Shown here one piece after another: positions 8,200 to 18,229 of a DNA stretch of 45,601 bases. Both the position numbers and the translations under genes were made by a program. Position 1 is the stretch's first letter. Each line of letters begins with the position of its first letter. The DNA lies in assembly GCA_029259185.1 (NCBI GenBank), contig JAPDJF010000030.1:1-45601 (forward strand), in the 5' to 3' direction. The notes beneath the pieces are model-generated. The model was given only the letters and a program-made list of their open reading frames with translations, was not told where the DNA came from and made no database searches. Source of the DNA: Hadesarchaea archaeon. Lineage in GTDB: Archaea; Hadarchaeota; Hadarchaeia; Hadarchaeales; WYZ-LMO6.

Positions 8200-8811
8200 C
8201 TAGGGGTATCTCTCCTCCTCAGACCGTCTAGACGGAGGCCTGACAAAAATCCTGTACTTGTCCAATCCCTGAAGCTCTTTCATTATCCTCTCAACGATCA
8301 TCGTAGTGATATCTCCAAGTCCCTTCACCCTGTTCTTGAGATCCTCAAAACTTGAGAACGGTGCTCTCTCCCTCTCGTTTATGATGGTCCACATCAGCTT
8401 CTTCCCTATACCCGGGATCAGCTCCAGCTGATGAAAGCGTGTTGTTATTGGCCCGGCTGTGTTGAAGAACTCCAAGAACCTACCTGGAGACTCATTCACC
8501 AAACGCTGGATTACGGAGGAGAGTTCCGCTTTGGCCGCTGCCGTGAGCTCCTCGTATCCGATCCGCCGTTTGACACGATTCACTTTCGCCCTCTCTCCCC
8601 TTCCTATGAACACCTTCTCCTGGGGTTCGAACTTAACCCCCTTTTTAGGAACCACCTCCAAGAGGGTGAAGAAGGTATCACCTATTATTTGGGCTACGGG
8701 CTCGCGGAGGTGTATGGGCCTCGAATCGTTCGGATGACCCTGAGGCAGGAAATCCAGCACTATACCGTAATCTTCAAACTTCTTTTGAACCAAGTTCTGA
8801 CCCCATATCAA
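8200..8811 (-). CDS. DUF655 family nucleic-acid-binding protein
   Basis: VLDFLPQG, FTLLE and ITTRFHQLELIPGIGKK; conserved position downstream of rpoF. The start may be slightly downstream. Confidence 0.9.
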   Translation of the reverse strand: MIWGQNLVQKKFEDYGIVLDFLPQGHPNDSRPIHLREPVAQIIGDTFFTLLEVVPKKGVKFEPQEKVFIGRGERAKVNRVKRRIGYEELTAAAKAELSSVIQRLVNESPGRFLEFFNTAGPITTRFHQLELIPGIGKKLMWTIINERERAPFSSFEDLKNRVKGLGDITTMIVERIMKELQGLDKYRIFVRPPSRRSEEERYP

Positions 8812-8815
8812 GAAT

Positions 8816-9157
8816 TCATTCGCGGCGCTTGTTCAGGAGATCCAAGACTTTTTTTATCTCCTCATCCGAGAGTTTTCTCCTCTCCTTAGCCAGGATAAGC
8901 TCTACCTCCTCCTTGGTTTCGGGCATGAGATCCACCAACAGGACAGCTTGGTTCTCCCTCAGATCGACCGCCCCCATGAGTTCGCTCACGAGTTCCCTAG
9001 CTTCCTTTCCCTTGAGCTTAGAGAACTTCTGAGCGTAATCGTAAGCCAGCCTCTGCTCATACCCGAGTTCCTCCCTCTCCTTTTTCATCTTCTCCAGTAT
9101 CTCCAACACTTCTGCTAGAGTGACCGGCCTCTCAGAAACTGTTCCCCGCCCTATCAT
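8816..9157 (-). CDS. rpoF: RNA polymerase subunit Rpo4 (RpoF)
   Basis: LGYEQRLAYDYAQKFSKL and LVDLMPET; lies between rpl21e and DUF655. Confidence 0.92.
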   Translation of the reverse strand: MIGRGTVSERPVTLAEVLEILEKMKKEREELGYEQRLAYDYAQKFSKLKGKEARELVSELMGAVDLRENQAVLLVDLMPETKEEVELILAKERRKLSDEEIKKVLDLLNKRRE

Positions 9158-9426
9158 CCAGCTACCCTCTTAAGATGCTCTGGAGTGATAATAACCTTTT
9201 TGATTTTCCCCCCATCTTTGAACTCGACCTCGTAGGCCCGTCCCACCCTTCCTCTAACCACCCCCACCCTCCCATGGTACCTCGGGTGAGGCCTCCCTCC
9301 TGGGACACTCGGCTCTATCAGGAGGACCACCTTTTCCCCCAACCCGAACTTCTGGACCACCTTACTCACTTGGAAAAGCCCCCTCCTCCTCGACCCCTTG
9401 GCCAACTTCTTACGCGCCTTGACCAT
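9154..9426 (-). CDS. rpl21e: 50S ribosomal protein L21e
   Basis: IEPSVPGGRPHPRYHGRVG...DGGKIK..I.PEHLK and conserved synteny. Confidence 0.92.
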   Translation of the reverse strand: MVKARKKLAKGSRRRGLFQVSKVVQKFGLGEKVVLLIEPSVPGGRPHPRYHGRVGVVRGRVGRAYEVEFKDGGKIKKVIITPEHLKRVAG

Positions 9427-9477
9427 TCTCCTACTTTCCCCCCTCTCGATTAAGAGCTTTGCCCCCCCCAGAGAAAA

Positions 9478-10839
9478 TTATCTTAGACCCTTTCTTTCCA
9501 TCTCCCTCACAAATTTCGCGAGCGGTCCAACCCTTGGCAACCTGCGCTTGCTAAAACTCTTCACGAGCTTCTTCATCAGTTCGTACTGTTTCAGCAGCTC
9601 TCTCACCTCCACCTCACTCGTTCCCGAACCGAGTGCGATCCTCCTTATCCTAGAAGCGTTCAAGACTTCCGGATTTTCAAGTTCCTGAGGTGTCATCGAC
9701 TGCATTATCACTTTAAAGCGCTTCAATTTCTCCTCCCCGAGCTTCATCTGATCCTCAGGAATCGATACCCCTAACCCGGGGATGAGCTGGACGAGCTTCT
9801 TGAGGGGACCCATCTTGCCTACCATCTCAAGCTGCTCGTACACCATTTTCAGCGTCAACTTACCTTTGAAGACATCCTTGAGATCCTCCTTCTTCACTTC
9901 CTCGGACCTTACCACTTCCTCAACTCGCCTCAGCAGGGTTTCCAAGTCACCCATTCCAAGCAACCTAGCGACAAAGCGCGGAGGGGAGAAAAGCTCGATA
10001 TCGTCCATATGCTCACCCGTTCCTATGAACTTGATCGGTGCCCCCGTGGCGGCCACGGCCGAGAGGGCACCCCCACCCTTTGCCGTCCCGTCGAGCTTGG
10101 TCACCATTATTGAGCCAATGGGAGTGGCCCTCGTGAAAGCCGCCGCCTGATCCCTGACCTGTTGGCCTAGGGTCCCATCCACCACCAACATTATCTCGTC
10201 CGGTTTTATGGCCTCTGCTATCCTCTTCATCTCCACCATGAGATCCTCTTCCCTCTTGTGCCTTCCAGCGGAGTCCACTACTATGAGATCGTATCGCTTG
10301 AGCTTCATCTCCTCCACTCCCCTCTTGGCGAGTTCGACTGGATCCTTGGCCCCCGGATCTCCTATCACCTCGATACCCACTTTTTGACCCAGTTGGCTCA
10401 ACTGCTCATAGGCTCCCGCACGGAACGTATCCGCACACACGGCCCCGACCTTGAACCCTTTCTTTTTGAAGTAGTTTGCCAGCTTCGCCGCCGAAGTCGT
10501 CTTCCCACTCCCCTGAAGCCCGACCATCAGTAACACCGTGGATCTGTCTGGTTTGAGTTCCAAAGTGGCGGGCTTTCCAAGCAGCGAGGAGAGCTCCTCG
10601 TAAACCACCCTCAACACGTGCTCCCTCCTGGTTACACCGACCGGAAGTTTTTCCTTGAGCACGCGGTTTTGAATTCGTTTAGTGAGATCCGACACGAGTT
10701 GAACGTTCACGTCAGCTTGGAGGAGAGCCCGCTGGATGTCTCTCACGAGTTCCTTAACGATTCCCTCGTCCACATGAGGAGCCTTGGCTATCTTCTGAAG
10801 AGCTCCGTAGAGGGCCTTTCCCAGCTTTTCTAGAACCAT
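9478..10839 (-). CDS. srp54: Signal recognition particle protein SRP54
   Basis: GLQGSGKTT, DTFRAGA, DSAGRH, TKLDGTAKGGGA and the M-domain SMTPQELENP. Confidence 0.97.
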   Translation of the reverse strand: MVLEKLGKALYGALQKIAKAPHVDEGIVKELVRDIQRALLQADVNVQLVSDLTKRIQNRVLKEKLPVGVTRREHVLRVVYEELSSLLGKPATLELKPDRSTVLLMVGLQGSGKTTSAAKLANYFKKKGFKVGAVCADTFRAGAYEQLSQLGQKVGIEVIGDPGAKDPVELAKRGVEEMKLKRYDLIVVDSAGRHKREEDLMVEMKRIAEAIKPDEIMLVVDGTLGQQVRDQAAAFTRATPIGSIMVTKLDGTAKGGGALSAVAATGAPIKFIGTGEHMDDIELFSPPRFVARLLGMGDLETLLRRVEEVVRSEEVKKEDLKDVFKGKLTLKMVYEQLEMVGKMGPLKKLVQLIPGLGVSIPEDQMKLGEEKLKRFKVIMQSMTPQELENPEVLNASRIRRIALGSGTSEVEVRELLKQYELMKKLVKSFSKRRLPRVGPLAKFVREMERKGLR

Positions 10840-10977
10840 CCGATTCCTCTCCAGAGGTTTCCCTTGGAGACATTAAATCTGTATCGAAGTCATGCCCAAA
10901 ACTTTCAGAACTTTCTGACAAAGGTTCTGGTAAATATTCGTGGCTTAAGGATTTAGGGGGAACGCCAAGTTACTCTG

Positions 10978-11242
10978 ATGCTGGTCTCCAAAACCGTGAG
11001 GGCTGAACCGCACGGCCTCACGAGAAGCGAGCTGAGGGGACTGGAAGACCTCCAAGCGTGGGATCGCGCCCAAGAGGGACTACAAGAAGCTGAGGGAGCA
11101 GACTAGGCTATCCTCCTACTATAGGTCGCTCAGTTGGAAGGCAAAAGACGGGCGCAAATCCCCTATTCTCCTCGATAAGGACGCATTCAAGATCGTGGAG
11201 ATTGACAATAAATTTGCCCGGTTTTTCATCTCGATCCCTTAA
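10978..11242 (+). pseudogene. Frameshifted 5' fragment of a TnpB/Cas12f-like gene
   Basis: MLVSKTVRAEPHGLTRSELRGLE..., then in a shifted frame ...PILLDKDAFKIVEIDNKFARFFISIP*. Resembles the N-terminal region of compact archaeal TnpB proteins; no RuvC part. Confidence 0.45.
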
Positions 11243-11251
11243 CTAGTTCCT

Positions 11252-11839
11252 TCAAAGTATCTTCTCCACAAGTTTCCTTATCTGCTGATGCACGTCCCCC
11301 ACCGATCCCGTGCCATCGACCAGCTCAAGTCTTCCCTTCCTGACGAGTTCCAGATATTTCATCCGAACGGTGCGCTGGAGTTCGAGGTCGCTCTCGAATT
11401 TATCTAACTTCCTCCTCCCTCTTATCCTCCTAACACACATCTCAGGAGGCACATCTATGAGAATTGCGAAATCCGGGAGCGGTGCGAACACGTTTATTCC
11501 TTCTATCCACTCCATCGGCAACCCACGGGCTGACTGGTAAGCAAGTGACGAGTATACGCAACGCTCACTCACCACGATCTTCCCCTCGCGGAGTGATGGG
11601 ATGATGAGCGACTCCGCGTGTTCCAAACGATCTGCAGCGAAGAGAAGGGCTTCCACCCGAGCTCGAAGACCCGCTCTCCTGAGCGAGCGCTTGATGATGC
11701 GTCCCAAGGTGCCACGGGTTGGTTCTGCTGTCCGTAAGACCTCGTATCCTTCAGAACGGAGCCACCTAACCAAGAGTTTGACTTGGGTGGTTTTACCGCA
11801 CCCATCGAGACCCTCAACGCAGATGAACTTTCCACCCAT
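11252..11839 (-). CDS. tmk: Thymidylate kinase
   Basis: EGLDGCGKTT, LLFAADR and SER..YSSLAYQ. Confidence 0.95.
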   Translation of the reverse strand: MGGKFICVEGLDGCGKTTQVKLLVRWLRSEGYEVLRTAEPTRGTLGRIIKRSLRRAGLRARVEALLFAADRLEHAESLIIPSLREGKIVVSERCVYSSLAYQSARGLPMEWIEGINVFAPLPDFAILIDVPPEMCVRRIRGRRKLDKFESDLELQRTVRMKYLELVRKGRLELVDGTGSVGDVHQQIRKLVEKIL

Positions 11840-12991
11840 TCATCCACCCCAAGGAATAGGAAAACACAAGAGGAAAACCGCAAACGTTAAAAACGCTAGA
11901 TGCTTGTGGAAAGGGGAAAGCTCAGAGATATCATCTAACACCCCCCCATGCGGTTGGTTAAAGATCAAAATTATGAGAAGACCCCATAGCCAAAACGGAT
12001 ACCCTGGAAATATGAATCCCGAAAAAAGTAAGAGAAAACCGACTGCCCTCGTGATCATGTAGTGACTCTCCCTGCTCAGTAGCCCCCTAGCCACGTGGCC
12101 CCCATCCAGCTGACCCGCGGGGAAGAGGTTCAAAGAAGTTATGACCATCATCACCGAACCTGAAAAAACCAGGGGACTCTGCTCAAGCCCAGATGGAATC
12201 CTGCCGTAGAACAACAACTGAAGCACCATCAACATCGGGCACGTGAAAATGAGGGGCTCACCCCCGGGCTCGGAAAACATCAATCCTATGGAAGTGAGTA
12301 AGACCGCCACCAAGAACCCCAAGAGCGGACCACTCGCGCCTATCTCCACGAGGGCATTCCGGTTTGGGATCGGACCCTTGAGCCTTATCAAGGCCCCCAA
12401 CGTTCCAAGAAAAGTAGGCGCGGGAATGAAGTATGGTAAAGAGGCCTCCACCCTGTTCCTGCTAGCCGCTAACTTGTGGCCCATCTCATGGGCCCCAAGC
12501 ATTGCCAGAAGACTGGATGAAAAAAGCGCAGCATAGGGCACGCTCCGCTCGAAGATCAAGAAATAGCTGAAGCCGAAGGTCGTAATCACCGTAGTGAGTA
12601 GAAGCAAGATGTTCAAGTGAGGTTTGTCCCTCGCCGACCTAGGCGATCTGAACACCTGTAGTTTGAGACAGTCCCCCCTTTTCCTCAGGACGCCAACGAA
12701 ACCGTTCTTCTGGAGTTTCGAAAGCACCCTTGAGAACGAACGTCCTGGATTCTCAGCCTCCACCTCGAACTCCGCACGGTCTTCGTACGCTATGAGATCA
12801 ACCACCGAAAATTCGTTTTCCACCACCGACCCCACACGTGCCCACGAGGAGGGGAGTCCTCTATCCACGACCGCCATATCCCCTCCACACCTCGGACAGC
12901 TCTCCACGAGCAGTTCTCCCAAACCCAGCGTGGACATACAGTACTCCGTATGCTTGCATGCCAAACACTGGAGCTTGGCTATCGGGCCCAA
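11840..12991 (-). CDS. Site-2 protease (peptidase M50) with N-terminal Zn ribbon
   Basis: HEMGH, GPLLG and NLFPAGQLDGGH motifs, multiple TM helices, N-terminal CLAC...CPRC. Confidence 0.9.
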   Translation of the reverse strand: MGPIAKLQCLACKHTEYCMSTLGLGELLVESCPRCGGDMAVVDRGLPSSWARVGSVVENEFSVVDLIAYEDRAEFEVEAENPGRSFSRVLSKLQKNGFVGVLRKRGDCLKLQVFRSPRSARDKPHLNILLLLTTVITTFGFSYFLIFERSVPYAALFSSSLLAMLGAHEMGHKLAASRNRVEASLPYFIPAPTFLGTLGALIRLKGPIPNRNALVEIGASGPLLGFLVAVLLTSIGLMFSEPGGEPLIFTCPMLMVLQLLFYGRIPSGLEQSPLVFSGSVMMVITSLNLFPAGQLDGGHVARGLLSRESHYMITRAVGFLLLFSGFIFPGYPFWLWGLLIILIFNQPHGGVLDDISELSPFHKHLAFLTFAVFLLCFPIPWGG

Positions 12992-13143
12992 CCCACCACC
13001 TCAACGGTGGAGATTTGAACTTACCACTTAATAAGTAAGATGGCGGAAAACCCCACCGAGTATCCTAACTCGGTAGAAGATAAGACATGAAACCCAACAG
13101 TAAGAATTAATACTTCAAGCACACAACTCCTGCCGGTGTCCGA

Positions 13144-14994
13144 GTGCGCCTGTTACTGATCCATGCTGATTACCTCGAGTTCGAAGCCATCCAGCCGACC
13201 CCCGCGGCAGAGGAGGTGGGGGAGGACAGAAAGTCCGGGAGGATAGAAGAGGCTCTAGTCGCATTCACCGCGGTAGAGGAGGACGATGAAAGGGATCAAG
13301 CGAACGTGGTTTCAAAGGCTCTCAAGGAAATTCTAGATTATTGTGAACGGGTTCGAGTGAGAAAGGTCGCTGTGTATCCCTATGCCCACTTGAGTCCCAA
13401 CCTTTCATCCCCCACCGCAGCAATAAAGATCTTGAAGGACCTGAGGGAAAGGTTATCGAAAGAAGGTCTTGAGGTTCTCCACGTCCCCTTCGGATGGTAT
13501 AAATCTTTCACCCTGAGATGCAAAGGACATCCGCTCAGTGAACTCTCTAGAACTATAACAGCAGAACCTGAGATCACCCGGGTTGAGGAAGAAAAGCCGA
13601 GTGAATTCATCGTGATCAACCCCGAAGGGGAGGAGGAGAAGCTCGATCTCAGGGATTTAGACTCATGTGAAGCCATTAGGAGTGACCCACTCATGAAGCA
13701 ATTCATCCTCAGCGAGGAACTCAAACATAAGCCCCGTGCGGAGCCTGCCCACATAAAGCTCATGCGCAGGCTGGAACTCGTGGATTATGAGCCATCGAGT
13801 GACATCGGACATTTCCGGTTTTACCCGAAAGGTGCCATGATGAAATCCCTGCTCGAGGATTTCGCACTCCAACTGGCGAGGGAGATCGGTGCTATAATCA
13901 TCGAAACCCCCCTCCTCTACCGGGTGGACGAACCCGACATACGTGAGCAGGCCTCCAAATTCCTCGCCAAAGACTACCGAGTGAAAATTCCTGGCCGAAC
14001 CCTTCTGCTCAGGTTCGCGGGAGACTTCGGGCTGTTTCGAATGATGAAGGAGACACACGTTAGTTACAAACAGATGCCGATCAGGGTCTTCGAACTTTCA
14101 CCATCGTTCAGATTAGAGCAGAGCGGTGAGTGTGTGGGACTGAAAAGATTACGTGCATTCACTATGCCTGATCTCCACTGCTTTTGTTTGGATCTCAGTC
14201 AAGGACTGGAGGAATACGATCGTCTCTTCCATTTGTTCCTCAGACCCTTCGAGCTGATGGGTATTCCATACGTTATAGTGTTCAGAGTAGTGAAGGAATT
14301 CTACGATAAACACCGAGATTTCATTGGGGGGCTACTAAGGAAGGTTCGAAAGCCAGCTCTCGTGGAACTCCTCCCCGAAAGGAAGCATTACTGGGTGATG
14401 AAACACGAACTTCAAATCCTAGACTCCACCGGGGGGAACTCCCAACTCGCAACCGTACAGCTCGATCTCGAAGACTCCGAGCGATACGGGATATCCTACG
14501 TGGACGAGAACGGAAAAAAGAGGGGATGCATCATCTTGCACTCGTCCATGGGATCCATTGAGAGGTGGATGTACGCGTTGCTAGAAAACGCGGAGAAGCT
14601 CAAGAAAGCCGGAAGGTCCCCCTCCCTCCCCTTGTGGCTCTCTCCTACCCAAGTGAGGCTGATACCCGTAAGTGATCGTCACCTGAAGCTCTGCATACAA
14701 CACTCGGAAGAGCTGGAGAGATATGGAGTACGCGTTGACATCGATGACAGGAACGAGACGGTGGCGAAGAGGATAAGGTATGCGGAGCGTGAGTGGATTC
14801 CGTACGTGGTTGTGGTAGGGGATGAGGAGGAGAAGAGCCGCAGGTTGCCGGTCAGGGTGAGGGAACTCGGAAAACTCGTCTCGCTTGAGATAGGCGAACT
14901 CGGGGAGGAAATCAGGAAGAAGTGCGAAGGCACGCCGCGCGCGCCCTTACCTCTTCCAAAGTTATTATCTATGCGTCCGATATTTGTGGGATAA
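13144..14994 (+). CDS. thrS: Threonine--tRNA ligase, archaeal type with N-terminal editing domain
   Basis: MRLLLIHAD and YPYAHLS editing domain, FRLEQSGE.GLKRLRAFTMPD.H, HSSMGSIER and an anticodon-binding domain. Confidence 0.96.
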   Translation: MRLLLIHADYLEFEAIQPTPAAEEVGEDRKSGRIEEALVAFTAVEEDDERDQANVVSKALKEILDYCERVRVRKVAVYPYAHLSPNLSSPTAAIKILKDLRERLSKEGLEVLHVPFGWYKSFTLRCKGHPLSELSRTITAEPEITRVEEEKPSEFIVINPEGEEEKLDLRDLDSCEAIRSDPLMKQFILSEELKHKPRAEPAHIKLMRRLELVDYEPSSDIGHFRFYPKGAMMKSLLEDFALQLAREIGAIIIETPLLYRVDEPDIREQASKFLAKDYRVKIPGRTLLLRFAGDFGLFRMMKETHVSYKQMPIRVFELSPSFRLEQSGECVGLKRLRAFTMPDLHCFCLDLSQGLEEYDRLFHLFLRPFELMGIPYVIVFRVVKEFYDKHRDFIGGLLRKVRKPALVELLPERKHYWVMKHELQILDSTGGNSQLATVQLDLEDSERYGISYVDENGKKRGCIILHSSMGSIERWMYALLENAEKLKKAGRSPSLPLWLSPTQVRLIPVSDRHLKLCIQHSEELERYGVRVDIDDRNETVAKRIRYAEREWIPYVVVVGDEEEKSRRLPVRVRELGKLVSLEIGELGEEIRKKCEGTPRAPLPLPKLLSMRPIFVG

Positions 14995-14997
14995 TGA

Positions 14998-15879
14998 TTA
15001 GTACCACCCGATACCCAGTTTCCTGCAGTTGGAGTCTACCTCCCTCTGGATCTCATCTATCTCCGTCTCCGAGAGATGAGCGAACCTACCTTGAAGCTTT
15101 AGATACTCCCTCACGGGCCTGCGTTTCTCAGGCTTAAAAGTCACCCTAATCTTTCCCCCCTCCATCTCGTAGAGGATCCACGCCCCCGTATCCACCGCAA
15201 GCCTCGCTAGCTTGATCGTGAGTTTTGGATCGTACCTCCACCCGGTCGGACAAGGGCAATGCACATGAATGTAACATGGGCCATTTATCTCCATCGCCTT
15301 TTTGACCTTCTCCACGTAGTCCCAAGGGTAGCCCACCGATGCGGTCGCCACATACGGAACGTGGTGGGCAGCAACTATTGCGGGCATATCTTTCTTGCTC
15401 CTGTCCTCCCCCCGTTTCACCCTACCTACTGGGGTCGTGGTCGTCCAAGCTGTAAAGGGTGTGGTTCCGCTTCGCTGGATACCGGTGTTCATGTACGCCT
15501 CGTTATCGAGACATATGTAGAGGAAGTTATGGCCGCGCTCAAGTGCTCCCGAGAGCGCTTGCAAGCCTATATCCGCCGTGCCACCATCGCCGGCGAAGGC
15601 CACCGGCTTTATGTCCTTCCCCAAAACTTTCAGGGCGACCTCGATTCCCGATGCGATAGCGGCCGCGTTCTCGAAGGCGCCATGGATCCAGGGAACTTTC
15701 CAAGCGGTTTGAGGATATGGGGTGCTCACTACTTCCATACAGCCCGTAGCCTCGGCCACGATTACGTTCTTCCCGGTCGCCTTAAGTGCTAGACGGATGG
15801 CGAGAGCCTCTGCACAACCAGCACAAGCCCTGTGACCCTGTGCGAAAAACTCTTCCTCCTTGAGCTCAAGCCCTCCCAT
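14998..15879 (-). CDS. porB: Pyruvate/2-oxoacid:ferredoxin oxidoreductase beta subunit
   Basis: [32 protein letters not shown] and CPTGW. Confidence 0.95.
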   Translation of the reverse strand: MGGLELKEEEFFAQGHRACAGCAEALAIRLALKATGKNVIVAEATGCMEVVSTPYPQTAWKVPWIHGAFENAAAIASGIEVALKVLGKDIKPVAFAGDGGTADIGLQALSGALERGHNFLYICLDNEAYMNTGIQRSGTTPFTAWTTTTPVGRVKRGEDRSKKDMPAIVAAHHVPYVATASVGYPWDYVEKVKKAMEINGPCYIHVHCPCPTGWRYDPKLTIKLARLAVDTGAWILYEMEGGKIRVTFKPEKRRPVREYLKLQGRFAHLSETEIDEIQREVDSNCRKLGIGWY

Positions 15880-17055
15880 TCACCTCACCTTCTCAACGTC
15901 CAGCCCTATCCAGTGAAGCACTTTCCCCACCTCTCCGCTCGAGGCCGCACCAGAGGTGATTTCGATCACCTCATCCAGATCGGAGAACTTGACGTCCCTT
16001 CCCCCCAAGCCCATCACGAAATCGAGGAAAAGGGGTCTCCGCTTGACATTGGCGAACGCTGCCACAACATCCGTGTACAATGCCCCAACCCATCCCATCG
16101 AGATATCCTTCTCCACCACCCCTACTGCTTTTGCCCCCATCAAGACTTCTGCAAGCTCCTCGGCCGGAAATGGTCTGTAGAGCCTCAGCTTCACCAGCCC
16201 AACTTTCTCCCCACGTCCTCTCCATCTGTCGACCACCTCTTTGATGGTTCCGGCCAGCGAACCCATGGTGAGCAAAATTATATCGGCATCGTCGGTGCGG
16301 TACTCCTCCATCATCCCGTACTTCCTCCCAAACCGTTTACCGAACTCCTCATCTACCTCCACCAATTTTTTCTTCGCGAGTTCGGTAGCCTCATGCTGCT
16401 GATACCTGAACTCCTGATACACCTCCGGAACTCCTACCGCTCCCATCGTGATGGGATGTTCAGGATCGAGCTTAAACTTCGGGGAATAGGGGGGAAGGAA
16501 AGAATCCACTTCATCCTGCTCTGGAACATCCACCGGCTCAACCGTGTGGGAAAGGATGTAACCATCATAACACACCATCACGGGGAGAAAGACCTGTTCG
16601 GCCAAACGAAAGGCCTGAAGTACCGAATCCAATATCTCTTGGTTGTTCTCACAGTACAGCTGCACCCAACCCGAATCCCTGACCGCCATCGAATCTTGCT
16701 GATCGTTCCATATACTCAGGGGAGCCGAGAGTGACCGATTAGCGTTGGTCATCACGATAGGCAATCTCATCCCCGAGACCACGTATAGGATCTCGCTCAT
16801 CAGCATCAATCCCTGTGAAGAAGTGGCCGTGAATGCTCTCGCTCCCGTGGCCGAGGCCCCCAAGCAAACACTCAGTGCGCTGTGCTCCGACTCTACCTTA
16901 ACGAATTCCGCATCCAGTTCACCGTCTGCCACGAACTTCGCCAACGTCTCCACTACCACGGTCTGGGGGGTGATAGGATAAGCTGAGATGACCTGAACCC
17001 TAGCTAATTTAGCCGCCATCGCGGCCGCCTCATTTCCATTCAACACCCGTCTCAA
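15880..17055 (-). CDS. porA: Pyruvate/2-oxoacid:ferredoxin oxidoreductase alpha subunit
   Basis: AYPITPQT, VESEHSA and TATSSQGL. Confidence 0.95.
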   Translation of the reverse strand: MRRVLNGNEAAAMAAKLARVQVISAYPITPQTVVVETLAKFVADGELDAEFVKVESEHSALSVCLGASATGARAFTATSSQGLMLMSEILYVVSGMRLPIVMTNANRSLSAPLSIWNDQQDSMAVRDSGWVQLYCENNQEILDSVLQAFRLAEQVFLPVMVCYDGYILSHTVEPVDVPEQDEVDSFLPPYSPKFKLDPEHPITMGAVGVPEVYQEFRYQQHEATELAKKKLVEVDEEFGKRFGRKYGMMEEYRTDDADIILLTMGSLAGTIKEVVDRWRGRGEKVGLVKLRLYRPFPAEELAEVLMGAKAVGVVEKDISMGWVGALYTDVVAAFANVKRRPLFLDFVMGLGGRDVKFSDLDEVIEITSGAASSGEVGKVLHWIGLDVEKVR

Positions 17056-17056
17056 C

Positions 17057-18229
17057 TCATCCCTCCTCCACCATCCTTATCACTCCCCTCGGACACTCGT
17101 TCGCACATATCCCGCACCCCTTACAGTAATCGTAGTTCACCTCGTACTCGATCTCACCGAGCTTCACGATCGAAGCATCGGGACAGTAGAACCAACAGTT
17201 GTTGCACCCATTGCACACACCACAACTGAAACACCTCTCAGCCTCTATCTCCACCATTCGTCCCACAGCCTCCGAGATGCTTCCCTCGGGTATCGAAACC
17301 CGAGGGGAAAACGTGAAATAATCGAGATTTATTTCCTCAAATTTCACAGGTTGAGGCTCCAACACTTGGGGCAAACTTTCGTCCCGGAGGTATTTGTCAA
17401 TGGCGATGGCGGCTTTTCTCCCGGATCCTATGGCCCAAGCCACCCCGCGTCTCGCCCCCACAGCCGCATCTCCGCCCACAAACAGCTCCTTCCTTCCGGT
17501 TCTCCCCCACCGGTCAATCTTCACTCGTCCATGCTCTACGGCTACCCCTTGGGGCAACTGAGGGAGGCCGAACATCCTGCCAGGTGCTAGGAAAACTGCA
17601 TCATACTCCCTCAGCTCATCTAGATTTTCGATGCGGTGCCCGGTTCGGATCTCCATTCCAAGATTCAAGATCGAAGATAGCTCACGTCTCAGGATCTCTC
17701 TGGGCAAACGCTCCTCGGCAATCCCCACCGCCATCATCCCCCCCGTTACCTCCAGTGCCTCGAAAATCGTGACCCTGTGACCCAACAGGGTGAGGTGGTA
17801 AGCACAAGCTATCCCTGCCGGACCCGATCCCACCACAGCTACCTTTTTCCCCGTGGGAGGGCTCGAACTTTTTTTGATCCACCCTTCCCTTAACCCCAAA
17901 TCACCGAGAAATCGCTCGATCTCGTGGATCGCCAAGGGTTCATCGAATTTCCTTCGGTTACACACCCTCTCACACGGATGATAGCATATCCTCCCACACA
18001 CCGAGGGCAAGGGATTCGTCTCCTTGAGAACTTCCCAAGCCTCTCTGAACTTCCCATCCTTGACGAGGTACAAGATGCGCTGAACATCGTTCCCAACCGG
18101 ACAGCCAACATTGCATGGAGGCGTCCTGTTCTCATAAATAGGGCGTAAGTGTCTCCACCCTCCCGTTAGGTAGTCTACGCTACTGCCGGGTTTATCTATA
18201 ACCGCACCAGGCAGCAATTTTGAGCTCAT
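17057..18229 (-). CDS. PorD-like delta subunit with inserted GltD-like Fe-S/FAD module
   Basis: PorD-like leader (PGSS...TGGWR..RP), GltD-type Fe-S domain ([23 protein letters not shown]), GSGPAG FAD motif and C-terminal 2x[4Fe-4S] ([26 protein letters not shown]). Confidence 0.85.
   Translation of the reverse strand: MSSKLLPGAVIDKPGSSVDYLTGGWRHLRPIYENRTPPCNVGCPVGNDVQRILYLVKDGKFREAWEVLKETNPLPSVCGRICYHPCERVCNRRKFDEPLAIHEIERFLGDLGLREGWIKKSSSPPTGKKVAVVGSGPAGIACAYHLTLLGHRVTIFEALEVTGGMMAVGIAEERLPREILRRELSSILNLGMEIRTGHRIENLDELREYDAVFLAPGRMFGLPQLPQGVAVEHGRVKIDRWGRTGRKELFVGGDAAVGARRGVAWAIGSGRKAAIAIDKYLRDESLPQVLEPQPVKFEEINLDYFTFSPRVSIPEGSISEAVGRMVEIEAERCFSCGVCNGCNNCWFYCPDASIVKLGEIEYEVNYDYCKGCGICANECPRGVIRMVEEG

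Noticed and set aside
13055-13074. Inverted repeat ACCGAGT-N6-ACTCGGT upstream of thrS as a T-box-like or attenuator element
   Set aside because: A single 7 bp stem with no T-box motifs. It could be an operator but this is unsupported.
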